A stretch of DNA of 64,000 bases from Lama glama (taxonomy: Eukaryota). Below, one piece after another: positions 26,901-39,994 of this stretch (positions are counted from its first letter, which is position 1; every line of letters begins with the position of its first letter). The notes beneath the pieces are model-generated. The model ran no database searches. It saw only the letters and a list, made by a program, of their open reading frames with translations, and was not told the DNA's origin. The stretch spans positions 55,430,001 through 55,494,000 of the forward strand of contig CM052817.1 of assembly GCA_028534125.1 (NCBI GenBank), in the 5' to 3' direction. A program made the position numbers and the translations under genes.

Positions 26901-27899
26901 ATTAGTTAATTATCGGCATTGAAAGTTTAGATTTGGAATTATGGAGTCTTTCTATGCTATAGTTACTCTCCAACACAGGATATTAATCACTACTGTGGTT
27001 TTCTGTGGAAGAAAGCCCAGTTTGTTTCTGTATCCAAAATGGACAACAGAATGTTCTATATTAAAAATAAAACAGAAAACACGTTCCAGTCATTTTGTAA
27101 AACTGATGGATTAGCATTTAGAATAATGTGAAGTTTTTCTGGTGATGGCACTTTGATGTAACCGTTGGAATAATGATTCAGTTTATTCAATCTGTCCTCA
27201 TTCTTCTTAAGTATCAAGTAATCCTGATATCTGCTCTCCCTGTTTTCCAAGTGTAGTGAGAGGATTTTTTTTTTAAATGATAATGCAACTAGAGAATTGC
27301 TTGTAAAGGACAGTTAAAATAATTTGCAACCTCAGTGGGTAAAACCAGGACTGATCATTTAAGAAGAATGTACAAGGACCCACCAATTCTCTTTGAAAAG
27401 TAAAGACTGACAATTGTCATGCACAAAATGTCTGAAAAGAGAAAAATACACAGCATACAAAGTATTCATTTACAGAACAGATAATAAGTTTAGAATTTGT
27501 TTCCCTAAAAGGTAATTTTGGCAGATAATTTGAGGGAGAACCATGTCTATTTTATGCACTGTCCACTTATTCCTTGGGGTTCTGCATGTCTGACACATGC
27601 TCATTGATTAATTAGTATTTGTTGAATGAAAAGGATGGTATACTAACTGTCCAAAGAGACAAATCTATCTATTCTGTAACAATCAGGATTAATCTTATTA
27701 TGATCTCTACACCTAATTATAGCAGTTCTCATATGAAGCCTAGGAGTCCCAGATCATCATCAGTCCCTGTATTCTTGTCTCAATAAAACTCTACTTTTTA
27801 ATTATTATAATTTTTTCACCCAACTCATACTTCTAAATTTAAGGAACCATTCTACCATGCCATCTTTAAGCCAGGTCATTTTCAGCAAAATATCCTACA

Positions 27900-29826
27900 T
27901 ATACTTAGTCTCTTGCCTGAGGCTTTCCTTCATCTTATTCTTCCAACTGAAACATGGCTCTGCTTTGAGAACACGGCTTCCAATGCATCCCTCTCCAGGA
28001 ATGCATATTTTCTTTCTCACACATCTTATTCCATTGGACCTCACTGTCATTCTAGATTCTGGAATCTAGAACATTCTCTCTCCTTCCTAAAATGTCCCAG
28101 GTTTGAGTCTCACATCATCAGACTATACCACCCATTACCTATTAGTATAAAGACTAATCATCTATTTTCATGTTGGTTGCCCCCCCTCATATCTTGCTCA
28201 CTTTCCCTTTTTCTAACATTCTTTGTGCTATTTCTCAGCTCTTTCTCAGCCCCTCAATCTTATGGTCACTCCTTCAACCAGCAAGTTTCCAATAGATTAG
28301 TCAAGAGCTAAATGTAGGTATTTACATTTAAGTGAATTAAAATAAGTTAGTCCCTTAATTGCATTAGTCACATATCAAAGGTGCAATAGCCACATTTGCT
28401 AGTGGTTATCATGGTTATATGAACATTGTTATCATCACATAAATCTTTATTGGACCCAACTTCCTTTAACCGTCTTATGTCTAGTAACCATATCACCTCC
28501 ATACTTTCAAATTCAAATGTTCAACTCTCCAGTTACTAACTTGTTTCTATATTATTTCTTCCAGTGATACGACTTCTATGACATAGAACTCATTGACCAA
28601 GTCAAGTATTTCATTATAACATACATCATATTCCCATTTTCTTGACTCATCATTTTAATCACACCCTTGAAAGCACCATCAAATCAAGTGTATGGTCAAA
28701 CTCAGATGGCAAAACTTCAAAGACAGATGCAGACTGATAGCAGGACTGGTGCAACTGTCCTTTGAGCTGCCTGGGAAGTCTATTATATTTTCCAAATTCT
28801 TTCAGTCCACCACTTCCTGAGATGACTATTTTATAACTTCTCTCCCCTGTCTTTTTACTCTTTTCCTGTTAATATGAATGACTGTTCATGCTTCTAGTGT
28901 CACCCCTCTACTAATGCACTATTTCCTTTCAATTAATCCAAAACATTGCTTCAGTCATTATCTCTTTCTCTCTGCAATAGCAAATATCCCCATCAGTATA
29001 CAAAACTTAAAAAAAAATTCTGTCATTCTGAAACAAATAAACACTAGCGACAAAGATTTTCCTAAATTCATTCCTCTATTCTCTTAAAACTGCACCCTTT
29101 GAAAATGTTAACAACTCTTGTCTTCCAGTTCCTCCGTTTTCATTTATTCATGAATGCACTCAAGTCTGACTGCTAGCCCACCATTTCTAGAATGGGCTCT
29201 TCTCACACCTCAATACATTGATAAACACAATAGTCCATTTGTAATTCAAATGTTTCTTAGCCTAGTAACAGCTTTTGACACAGTTTATCAAGTGGAAGAC
29301 CTGCATTATTTGAATACTTTTCTGTTTATCTTCATATTTCACTCATTTCTTCTTACTCTTCATTAATGGTTTCTCCTTATCTCCTGGTTATCTAAATGTT
29401 GTATTGTTCCAGCAGTCAGTTCTGAGAATACCTCTTTTCTTATTTTTTATTAGTTCCCTGTTAGTTAACATACTGGTTAATGGCTTTAAATATCATATAT
29501 ATGATGACAAACCCTATATTTTACAGCCTACTGGACACCTTTTGCATTAGTAATAGGCAACTCAAACTTAGCATGCTGAACAGAACTCCTGATCCTCCTC
29601 CCTTATCCTGCTTCTCATGTAGTCTTCTCCATTTTAGCCAGAATTAACTCTAGTTAATTGAGCAGCATTTTCCTACACCTTATTATTTTCAATAACCACA
29701 TTTTATCTCCAAACCCTCAAATTCAAACATCCAACTCTCCACTTACTTATTTCTTTCTTCCTCTAGTGACATGACTTTTATGCCATGTAACTCATTGGCC
29801 AATAATAGGTGCTCAATAAATACTTC
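27900..29826 (+). mobile_element. Long decayed LINE-2, interrupted by MER3
   Basis: C/T-rich L2 motifs (acagcttttgacacagtttatca, gctttaaatatcatatatatgatga, ctcaaacttagcatg) and a 3' tail taggtgctcaataaatac at ~29806-29823. 5' boundary uncertain. Confidence 0.65.
28281..28460 (-). mobile_element. MER3/MER33-like hAT-Charlie MITE
   Basis: tccaatag...caatagccacatttgctagtggtta...aacattgttatcatcacataaatctttattggac, with terminal tccaata/tattgga inverted motif. Confidence 0.75.
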
Positions 29827-30376
29827 TTTAAAAAATAAGCAAATGTATAAATAACATAAGCATAAATATTTGGTAAAAAAAGCAGGAAGCTATCTAACAT
29901 TTCAAATTGAACTTGAAGCATCATGGGGGAATCCACATTCCTCAACTTTATCACTTGATTTCTTTCCCTTCAAAAAAAAAAAAAAAGTTAGTTTCTGTAT
30001 GCTCCGTAATCCTAAACTGTGTTCATTAAAAAAACCAAAATTTCCCCCAAAATATGATTGATGGGGAATGAATTTTCTTATAATATCATTGTGTTATTTT
30101 CTTCACCCTCATGTTCTTATAAGATTACCTTTAGGTTTTGTTAAAAAATACGTTTTTTTAATTAATAAGCACAATGAGGTGCAGAAATTTGCTGAAAAGT
30201 TTTTCTTTTCTTTAAACATTTTTACATGAATCCATAGATCAACGTATCTTAAGGATTTATTGAGCACTGTTTTTAAAGATCCTTGACACACAAGGATGAC
30301 ATAGAATGCCCGTTATGTAATGTCTAGTTTATTTAGTACATTGATATATGTTTTAAATTCAAGTGGTCACTTGGGT

Positions 30377-30667
30377 CCTCTCTCTGGGCTTCTATTTTGA
30401 ATGCGAGGATGTGGCTCTGGAGGGTGTGAGCCACTTTTTCTGGGAATTGGCTGAGGAAAAGCTAGAGCACAATGAGAGTCTCTTGAAAATGCATAACCAG
30501 CGCCACAGCTGCACCCTCTTCCAGGCTGTGCATGCAGAAGCCTTCCCAAGATGAGTCAGGTAAAAGCCAAGATGCTATAGAAGCCACCGTGCTCACGGAG
30601 CAGAACCTAAACCAGGCCCTTTTGAATCTGCATGCCCTGGGTCCAGTGCGCACAGACCCCCAGCTCT
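30377..30667 (+). pseudogene. FTL: Ferritin light chain processed pseudogene fragment (about codons 32-126)
   Basis: Translates [51 protein letters not shown], then after a 4-bp TGCA duplication (30529-30536) [44 protein letters not shown], matching FTL. Contiguous across the known FTL intron positions; no start codon or C-terminus. Confidence 0.93.
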
Positions 30668-32026
30668 CCAGTGCATTGATAATTTAATGAACCCAAACAG
30701 AAGGAATATATAACTTCTGTTGTATATTCACATACATATGTTATTTGTTTAACTTCCAAGTAAAATTTGATTACTTTAGAATATGTACGCTATATTCATG
30801 TTTTTGCTCTTTTAGAACATATAAGCTAAAATACTTATTTTGATTGTATCCCTCTCAGTTTTCAGCTATACAAATCCCAGATCCCTGCCGCCACCCCCTC
30901 CAAAAAAGCCTTCTTTGCTTTTTAGTGGCTTTATTTATTTATTTTGCTATTTTTTCAGTTAAAATAAATTATGTGACTTAAATTATTTCAGAACGTCCCT
31001 GTGACTCTCATGGCTTTATTTCTTCTTAAAATTTTTAACTTACGTTTTGCCCTCAAACCTCACTAGTGCTAAGAAATAGAAATCAACTTAAAAAAAGTTT
31101 TTATACCTAAACATGCACATCTATACACTTATGCATATATAATTGTGCATATAATTATAAGCTCCACACATCAACATTGCATATGAGCATTTTGAACTCA
31201 GGTAGTAGTGTATATTTTTTTTCAAGAAGGAATATCTATGCTGCATTATTATGATATTGATTGGAGAGTAATTTTTGTCATTTCATCAGTATTTACTTAG
31301 ATTCTTCATGTGTCCAGTTCTCAATTAATCCTTATATAAATTTACAACTAATTTTTATTCCTAAATGTTCTAAAGGATGTTCTAAAGGTTGTGGAAAATA
31401 TTCAAAGATGAGAAACTTCTGTTGTAATCTCTGTCTTCGAAGTAATGAGTAGAAAAAAAAGAAGAAACCAATATAGTAAGCAGGATATAGAAAGTCTATT
31501 TAATAAAATTGAAAAGGACATCTTTGTATAGTAATAATTCTGTGACCCATTCTTTGCAAAAGAATCATTAACAATGTCTCTTCACTTTCCAGTATCCTTG
31601 CTTTCTAAATTATTAATTATGGTTCATTCTCTTTCTAATCTTGCTAAAAACATTTTTTTGGGCTAATAACTAGAAAAATAAATGGCTACAAACCTGACAT
31701 CATAATAGTTATAATTATAGTCAATTATTTTTAGCAAAATAATGAATATTAAGATATCTGAAACAAAGTGAAATGATTCAGTCATAAGTTATGTCATATC
31801 TTTATGGAAATGCATATAGTTCCTACTCCTCCAATGGAACATGTTCCATTGTATGTGGAGTTACATATGTATATGTATATATGTGTGTGTTATAATTTTT
31901 AAATTTCCATTTAGCATATTCTTCCAAGTTTACTATGGCAAACTCTTCCTGCTATTTACTTGTGATAATTGACAGTGAGGTATATGGATGAATCAAAAAT
32001 GGCGCAACTCTGAAATATCATTCGTA

Positions 32027-32233
32027 CAGTATGGTTATTCTGAAACTAGGTCCTCAGCCATCAGCAACAGCAACATATAAGTTCATTTTAGAAGCAAAGG
32101 CTAGCTCCACTTAACTTAGACTAACTGCGTCAGAGACTAGAAGTAGGATCCCACAATCTGTGAAAATCTTTATTTTAAAAGCCCTTCCAGGCAGGTGATG
32201 CTGAGTCATCTAACATGTGAGAACTAATACTCT
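32027..32233. mobile_element. MER5A/B-like hAT-Charlie MITE
   Basis: cagtatggttattctgaaact...cagcaacagcaacat...aatctgtg...ttttaaaagcccttccagg...gtgatgctga...tgagaacta. Confidence 0.6.
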
Positions 32234-33182
32234 ATACAACAAAGAAGAATCATTCCATTTGACTGGTTATAATTGCTTTCTGGTGTATATCCAATCCTGA
32301 TTCTCTACATACATAACATATCTTTTCATAAATATCATCACTCCAAAAGATTTCCTTTGTCGTCTTCTTAATTTCTACCTTCCACATGGAAGATCTCATC
32401 CACTCTGTTAGATTCAATTAATATCTTCTGCCTTGAGATAATTCTGTCTCTTCTTTCTCCCTTTCCTCTTCCCTATAAATGGCACCAACATTTTCTACTT
32501 CATCAGGCCAAAAACCAGGTAGTGATTCTTGACTGCTTTCCATCTTCTCTTATTTCTCTGTTGCCTGCATCCACTAAAGGAACAGCTATTAACAGTTTTC
32601 TACCTTTTAACCGTAGTATATTTCCTCATTTGTTTGGGCCTAGAATACACAGAAGGTATTAAAAAATGTCTAATCCCCACCACTGTTACAATACAAAAAC
32701 TACTAACTAAAGGTAATGTGTACATAAAGTGAAAGGCAACATTTTATTGTGAAATATAACTAAATTTAACAAAACACTGAACTCTCATGTATAGCACATT
32801 TCCATCATCCTTCTCTTTTGCCCCTTCCCAGTGCATCAACCACACTCCTAGAGGCTACTGCTGTTCTAATATTTTGTTTTCACATTTCATTTGTATTCTT
32901 CCTTTTCCTACTTCATACAACTAGAATCATACAGTATATACTCTGCTGTCATTGAGATTCATACCTGCTTTTGAAAATGGCAGTAGTTTTTTCTTTTTGT
33001 CTCTAAGAAGTATTTCATTATATGAATGTACAATACTCTCCACCTTTATATCACAACCACAAACAACCCCTAACCTTCACCTTGGTTTAGTTTTTCCTCC
33101 TACATGTACCTACTATGTTCTATTATTGCTTCATCTGAGTATTTTCATGCCCTATAATACATTCTGAAAGCCAATATGATAT

Positions 33183-33402
33183 AATGTGTAAGTGTATTCA
33201 TCTGGAGTAAGAATATCTGAATCTGAACTCTGGTTCTCTAATTTAAGTAGCTCTGTGACCTTAGACAAGTAATATAAGCCGTCTGTGCCTCAAATTTCTT
33301 AATTTTAGGTACTTCTCTGAGTAGTTAATTGCCAAGGTTACAAAATTAAAACCATGTGAAACAATAGTGTGACACATACATGTGGACTCAGAATGTTTGC
33401 TA
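33183..33402 (+). mobile_element. MIR SINE
   Basis: Core tagctctgtgaccttagacaagtaatataagccgtctgtgcctcaaatttctt. Confidence 0.75.
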
Positions 33403-33799
33403 TATATTTTTTTGTATTTAAAAAATATCCATTTGTCCACTTACCTGTCTACAACACTGTTCTCTAAACCTTCTGTGAGTAGTGACCATTGTTGTTACAT
33501 AACTAGAATATGGCAGGCACCAATGTGTTTATTCAGGGAATGAATGGATTAGATTCTTATCGAGTACCCTGCTGTAGAAATCATGGCAACTCAGCATGTG
33601 TTGCCTGTGTTCCACTATTGAGAAAATAATTTATCCTAACTTATTGTGACAGATACTACAATTGTGCCTCAAGACTGATTCTTCCATTCTATGCTGTAGT
33701 TAGAGAACTCCCTGAAGTTTTTGACGTAGCACACATTATTACACATCTGACATTGTTTCCTAACTTAGCTCAGCAGTGAAGGCTTTGCCGAGATGATTA

Positions 33800-34190
33800 C
33801 CAAAAGTATTGAATAGAATTGGGAATTACAGCTTCTGTCTGTCTGCTGTACAAGGTGGTTACTTGATCTCCACTTCTGCTTTTCTGATTTTGTGGGCCAG
33901 AATACCAATGGGGGACCCCTATGAACCATTTTAACCATGCAGATGAGGTCAATACCTTAGGGGAGGATGGAGCAACAGGAGAGAAGGGAAGAGGGCCTCT
34001 AGATGACCACTTAGAACAGGTTTTTCTGGACAATTTGTACTGTTTCCATACTTCTGGACTGTTGGGGGTGGTGGGGAGAGAGAGCAAGATAGGGAGAGAG
34101 AGAAAGAGGGAGAAAGACAGAGGAGAAAGTTGTATCTTTGTTGAGCCATTGCAATATTTTTGACTCATTTTTAGAATAGCTCAGCTTGTA
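33800..34190 (+). mobile_element. MaLR LTR (MLT1J-like)
   Basis: ccattttaaccatgcagatgaggtcaataccttaggggaggatggagcaacag...ctagatgac...; boundaries approximate. Confidence 0.6.
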
Positions 34191-34749
34191 CCTTAAATAG
34201 TGTACTAGTTCAAGAAGAAAGGAAGGCACATGTCCAGAAGAATCACGAAGAACTCATAACAGCTACACTACATTTTCAGTTATCACGATTGACTTTGAGA
34301 GTGATGCTGCAGAATTGGGCTACCAGAGAATTACTGCCTTTTCTACAATCAGAAAATTACCTGTGGCATTGAATACTTGCTAGTACAACCACTGATTTCA
34401 GATCCATGAGCGGGTATTATAATCAGAAACATTCATGACCAGGAAACTCTTACTATTAAGAATTTGATGATGAAAAATCAGACATCTTCACATTGGACTT
34501 GCTGGCAGAAACTGAGTAATTAGCAGAGTGTAGCCTCTGCCTCACTCTGCCCTCTAAATCCTACTGGAATGTCCCTGTTGGTGAACACTTATTTATCCAT
34601 AACTATTGCTGCAAAGGTGTCTGTGGAATCTTGTATTTATCTTTCCAGCCTCTGCAATGCAGTAATTCCTTTGATACTCACAGGAATTTGGAAGGAATGT
34701 TAACCACCAAGAAACTCAACTCCTTGTTTAGGATGTGACAGTTTTACAA

Positions 34750-34992
34750 CTTTTATTTATTTAGTTTATTTACAATATTATGTTAGTGTCATGCATAATA
34801 TATTGATTCAACGTTTTTATAGATTATACTCCACTTAAAGTTATTATAAAATAATGGCTTTATTTATCTGTGCTGTACAATATATCCTTGTTGTTTATCT
34901 ATTTTATATGTAGTAATTTGTATCCTCTAATCTCATACTCCTGTCCCTCCTGCCTTCCTTCTCCCCACTGGTAACCACTAGTTTGTTCTGTG
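34750..34992 (-). mobile_element. LINE-1 3' end (laurasiatherian/artiodactyl type)
   Basis: gattatactccacttaaagttattataaaataatggct...ctgtgctgtacaatatatccttgttg...ccccactggtaaccactagtttgttct. Confidence 0.85.
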
Positions 34993-35473
34993 AGAAAGTT
35001 TTTAGATGAGATTAAAATTTAAATGGCTAAGCAGCTTGCTCTTTGTAATGTGGATGGGTGTCATCCCATCAGACAAGCCCAGAATAGAACACAAAGGCTA
35101 AATAAGAGGGAACTCCTTCTGTCTACAATTGTGCCTTCAAACTGAGACTTTGATTTTTTTTTCCCTACCTTTGGACATAAACTGGAAACATGGGTACTTC
35201 CTGGGTCTCAAGATTGCCAGTCTTCAGACTGGAACTACACCTTTGGCTCTCCTGGGTCTCTAATTTGCCAATGCATTCTGCAGATCTTGGGACTTGCCAG
35301 CTTTCAGAATCACATAAGCCAATTTATTTCAGTAAGTTTCTCTCTCTCTTTTTCCATCTCTCTGTCTTTTTCTCCCTCTCTCCTTCCCTCTGTCTCCTTC
35401 TGTCTGTCTCTCCCTGTAATAATGTATGTATGTATGTATCCTGCTGGTTCTGTCTCTCTGGAGAACCCTGATA
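34993..35473 (+). mobile_element. MLT2-family LTR (5' end disrupted)
   Basis: tttttagatgagattaaaatttaaat...taatgtggatggg...cagactggaactacacc...gcagatcttgggacttgccagc...ctggttctgtctctctggagaaccctga. Confidence 0.85.
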
Positions 35474-36989
35474 TCCCACTGTCTACCCTATCCTCGTTTG
35501 ACCATTTGAGAAATGTTTTAGAATTGAAATTTACCCCCTTCATAATTTTATTAGATATACTATCTATATGTATTTCTATGTATATGTGTATGTATTTACT
35601 TATTTGTTTTAGTGGTTGCTATAAAGTTCACAATATAAATTTGGTACATTCTATGCCTGATACTAAAACTTTTAGATTCTTTTTAATTTAATCTGGTCAT
35701 TCATCCTTTAAGGAGCTGAGACTTTATCATTCCTGGTACCATACAACATGTAAGGTCATTATACACGATTGAATAAGTATCTCCTTCATCAACCAAAAGA
35801 TCATTATTATGATAATTTCTCAAATGTAAGCAAATCATTTGACATTTTGAGTATCTACTATGCCTCTACTATGGTCCTCATGTCCACCTACTCATACACT
35901 TGATTACATCACCAGTGCTCTAGTTTAAACTAATTCTGACCTGGACTTTTGTACTATTGCAACTTTTTAAATGTGCTTAACAACACATTAAGAGTGTCAT
36001 AATTTCAATTAAAAAATTAACTGTAATGGGCTCTTCACATTACTTAAAAATTTTTTATTCTTAAAGCAAAGAAAGATTCATCAGAGATATCTGACATTTC
36101 AAAAGACATTTCAAAATACATTACATGGACTTTGAAACAGTTTATAATAATACCATCATTCATACTAGAACTATTCAAACTGGAGTAGTACACACTCCAC
36201 ACGTAACACACACACACAATTTTTTACTATACCTAAATTAATTTTTATTAAATTATCTCCTTTTAATGTGAGAAGTCTCTGATACTTTTTGTTTCTGTTT
36301 ATTAGTAACTGCACACAGAAACTCTAAGTAAACTCTATTTCATGCTTTTATATATCAGTTTTCACTGACATCAATCCTATTATGTTCTTTAATATACTTT
36401 GTAGTCACATTTAGTAAAAAGAAATGGCAGAACCATGTAATCATGAGATTCCTGAATTAAGCAGAAGACTCTATCATACTGTTGTATTTTATCTGCTCTG
36501 GGTACAACTCCTTCACAAGAGTGCTTTACTCCTCTGTGTCAACCACATGACCTTGCAACTCTTTGTCTAGAATTTCCTCTTCTAAAATCAGCCAATACAA
36601 CATTGTCAGCATAATCTTCCAGTTTCAGAGCTGATTATGTCATCCTCCTACTCTGTCTAAAACAGCCTATGACACATTTTTTGCCTGCAGAATCAAACTC
36701 TGCATTCTGGTTCTGAGGTTGAAGAATGTGCACAGTCTTGCCCCTGACTTCTCTGTGCAGTATATTTTCCATTATGAGAACCTTTTTTTCCCTATGCTGT
36801 ATTCACAGTAAGCTCCCACCTTAAGTGTCTTTCCCTGGATCATTTCCTTTGTTTACTTTTTCCCTCTGGCTGGAATATCACTCAGTGTTCTCTAAATGTT
36901 GAAAATGCATCCTGTCTCCTTTCTAGTGAGGTGGTAACCTGGTCTGGAATTTTGATTATAAAAAAAATAATAATTTTTAGCAAAAAAAA

Positions 36990-37535
36990 GTTAAAAACTT
37001 CAAAAATTGGAGAGTGGGAGGTCAGACAGTGAAAAAGAACACTTTTATAATTTTATGCTACTAAAAAGTACAGAAGAGATTTTTTTATTAGCAATATCTG
37101 CCTCCAGATACTCAAACAGTATTAGCAGATCAAACCTCTTTGTCCCAATGTCTTTGCTCTACTTATTTTTTCCCCTGAATTGGTTTTCCTCTCAGAGGAG
37201 CTCTGTGCATGTACTGGATCTTGGAGGTTGCAGGCTAATAGTCTCATCAGTGAAAGGGTAATTGTGTTTTCAAAAGCCAAAATTGGATCTCATTGGTTTG
37301 ACTTGGGCCATGTGCTTCTCTTAAAACAATGAAGGTGCCCAAGAAAATATACACTGTTGATTGAATTGGCCTTGGCATGGGTTTATTCTTGGAGCCACAA
37401 AGTGGGAAGGGGAAAGGGACAGTGAATCCTACTAAAACCAAATGAGCTGAAAGTGGATTTGGGATGATTCCTCAAGAGAATCAGTGCTATTACTGAAAGG
37501 GAGGATAGACACTGAAACAGGCAAAAGGCAGATTC
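36990..37535 (-). mobile_element. MaLR LTR (MLT1K/L-like)
   Basis: ctcattggtttgacttgggccatgtgc...gattgaattggcc...gtgctattactgaaagggagg...caggcaaaa. Confidence 0.55.
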
Positions 37536-39599
37536 CATTACAAATTATTTTTTGTGTCACTCAGGAGAAGTAACTTCTTTACATCCCTTAGGACTGTATT
37601 CACTCAGGTAATGCATCCCAACTACTGCTGTTATGGTATGTAATACATTTTTATCCTTTCTCCTAGGATGAAAATTCCCTTTGGACTTACAGCTTTAATT
37701 GTTCACAGAATTGTTGTAATATTTTATTCAAGCACTCAGTACATATTTAGTTCTTGCATAGTGTTTTATTACTCTAATACTTTTTGTTCATTAACATTGA
37801 AGAAATCTTAACTGCTAATTATTGCATAATGTATTCATAATTCTAGTGTAAAAATGGGGTACAGTAGCCTATTGACCTTCATATATTTTGTGCTGTGAAG
37901 CCTAAAGAATCCTTGACTTTCTTCCTTTCCAGAAAAAGGTAGTTATTTCCAAACTTTATGAAAGAGTCAGCAGTAATTGTAGGTTGAAAGGATGAGGGGA
38001 GAGTTACTAACTTTACCATGAATTTATGCATTTCATGAAGGTTTTATTCAAGAGCTAGGGAAAAATATAGGGACTCGTGAAAATATAGTGACTAATGTGA
38101 GAACATAAGGCTAAAATTGTAGCTGGTGTGAGATATAGTGGAAACAGAAGTTGTATTTGAAATCAAAAAGTTTAAGTCTCTTTCTAATTATAAATAATGC
38201 AATGAAGAAGGTAAATAATTTAAGTTTTAACCATGAGGTTGTTGTACATTTTTATTTGGAGCTTCTGTCCTATCCTGATGTATCTGAAAATATGCTCTCT
38301 AATGTAATGTCCCATAGCATTAAAAATAGAGTTAAAATGTGGATGCAGACTAGAGATGAAACTCTTTCATCTCATTCAGAAGATCACTGCAAAGCCAGGA
38401 TATGGTGCTCTCCATCAGAAGGATAAAAGGTGAGCTCCTCCTGTGGACAGTCAAGCCTCCAGCTCCGAATAACTGAAACCCTCCCTCACTACTGGGCTAT
38501 TAGGAGTAGTTCTCCGTAGGAAGCTTTAGAAGGGCACCGTTCAGCCAGGCTTTGGAACAGCTTTATGCATTGTTAAAGAAACATAGGTATTAAAAGATTA
38601 AGCTGGTGTTGAAAAAAGCAAATTAAATGTCTGCCAAGGAAAGTTTGAGATTACAAGGATCCTGTTCCCTCCATGTATACTATTTTCAGAGACGTTTTCT
38701 CTCGCCTATTGCACTGAGCATTTTATACATAGGCTGTATTTGTTTTATATGATGGCTGTACTTGGACATAAAGTGCTGAAATGTTTTCCCTCATCATGTT
38801 TGGTGTAGAATGTTCTAGCATTCTATGCTGTGAACAACCTATTGGTTGATGAAATAAGTCAATAAAACATCAAGACACTATCAAGCAATGTTATCTGAAA
38901 AGTTAAAATTGTGCTAATTTTTACGTTCATGATATTAAAAAAAAAGACTATGTTAAACACCTTAATGATCTGAGTAAAATAAAGAATATGACATGTGGTA
39001 AGAATGAATTTATTCTACACACTGACAAACACTCTGTAAATAATTCTGTTATAAACTGGCCCTGATTACCTCCCCAGTCTTTTATCATTCCCTTCTTGTA
39101 GTGTATGATATGGTCCCAGTATACTTTTTTAAGATCCTTGAATGAATTAGGTTTTTAATTTAAGAAAAAACCTCTGACCCTTTTCAGTTGTTTCCTTTGC
39201 CTTTCCTTCATCCAGCTACATTAAAATCATACTTTATGTCTCTGGACATTTCTTCCAGAAACCCTTTCCTCCTTTTGCCCAACCCTATATAAAGAATTTC
39301 TTCTCTTTATTCCTTCTGCTTTTTTGATTCCATACACTTCCTCTGTCATCACCATTGATATTATTTTTATTCACTCATTCTACACATAATTATGTACTGT
39401 TTGTGTCTTGTAAGGACTATTGAAATGTATAATCTCTGTTCTTATCTCAGAGATTACTTTTAGGATAAAATATTGACATTAAGTACATAAAATAAACAAG
39501 TTAGACTATGCTGAAAGCACTAAATTAAAGTTATTAAATAAGGGAATAACTATGACTCTTTTAAAAGCAGTAATTACAGTTATTGGTTATTACTCTTGG

Positions 39600-39950
39600 A
39601 GGGGAAAAAAAAAAAACAGAGTAATGAGAACAATAGCAATTGGTAAAATTTAGTTTGGGTGGCCAAGGAAATATTTCCAAAGAGCTAAAATCTTAATGGG
39701 GATGAAGACCCAGCTGAGAATGTGAAAGAAATGCAAGGAATAGCAAATGACAACGTGTAAAAATCCTAAGTTAAAAACAATATTCTTATAGAGATAGAAG
39801 GGACTAGAAAGAGAATAGTTTGTATTAGTGTAATGAACAAAAAGAACAATAGTAGGAGATAAGGTCAGAGAGATGAGGATGGGTCAGAAAATATAAAGCC
39901 TTAGGATCATAGTTAAGGGTTTATATTTTATTTTAATTCCAGTGAAAAAT
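39600..39950 (-). mobile_element. LINE-2 fragment
   Basis: gtaggagataaggtcagagag...aaagccttaggatcatagttaaggg...ttttatttta. Confidence 0.6.
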
Positions 39951-39994
39951 TCATCTCCATCCAGAGAGATGAAACAAATTATATAGAGACAATC

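Noticed and set aside
30363..30554. 63-aa ferritin-like ORF as a functional gene
   Set aside because: No ATG at the start, N-terminus missing, frameshifted by a TGCA duplication, and many non-conservative substitutions.
31365..31388. Short tandem duplication atgttctaaagg x2 (similar ones near 36093 and 53168)
   Set aside because: Ordinary replication-slippage microduplications, not spaced repeats or a CRISPR-like array.
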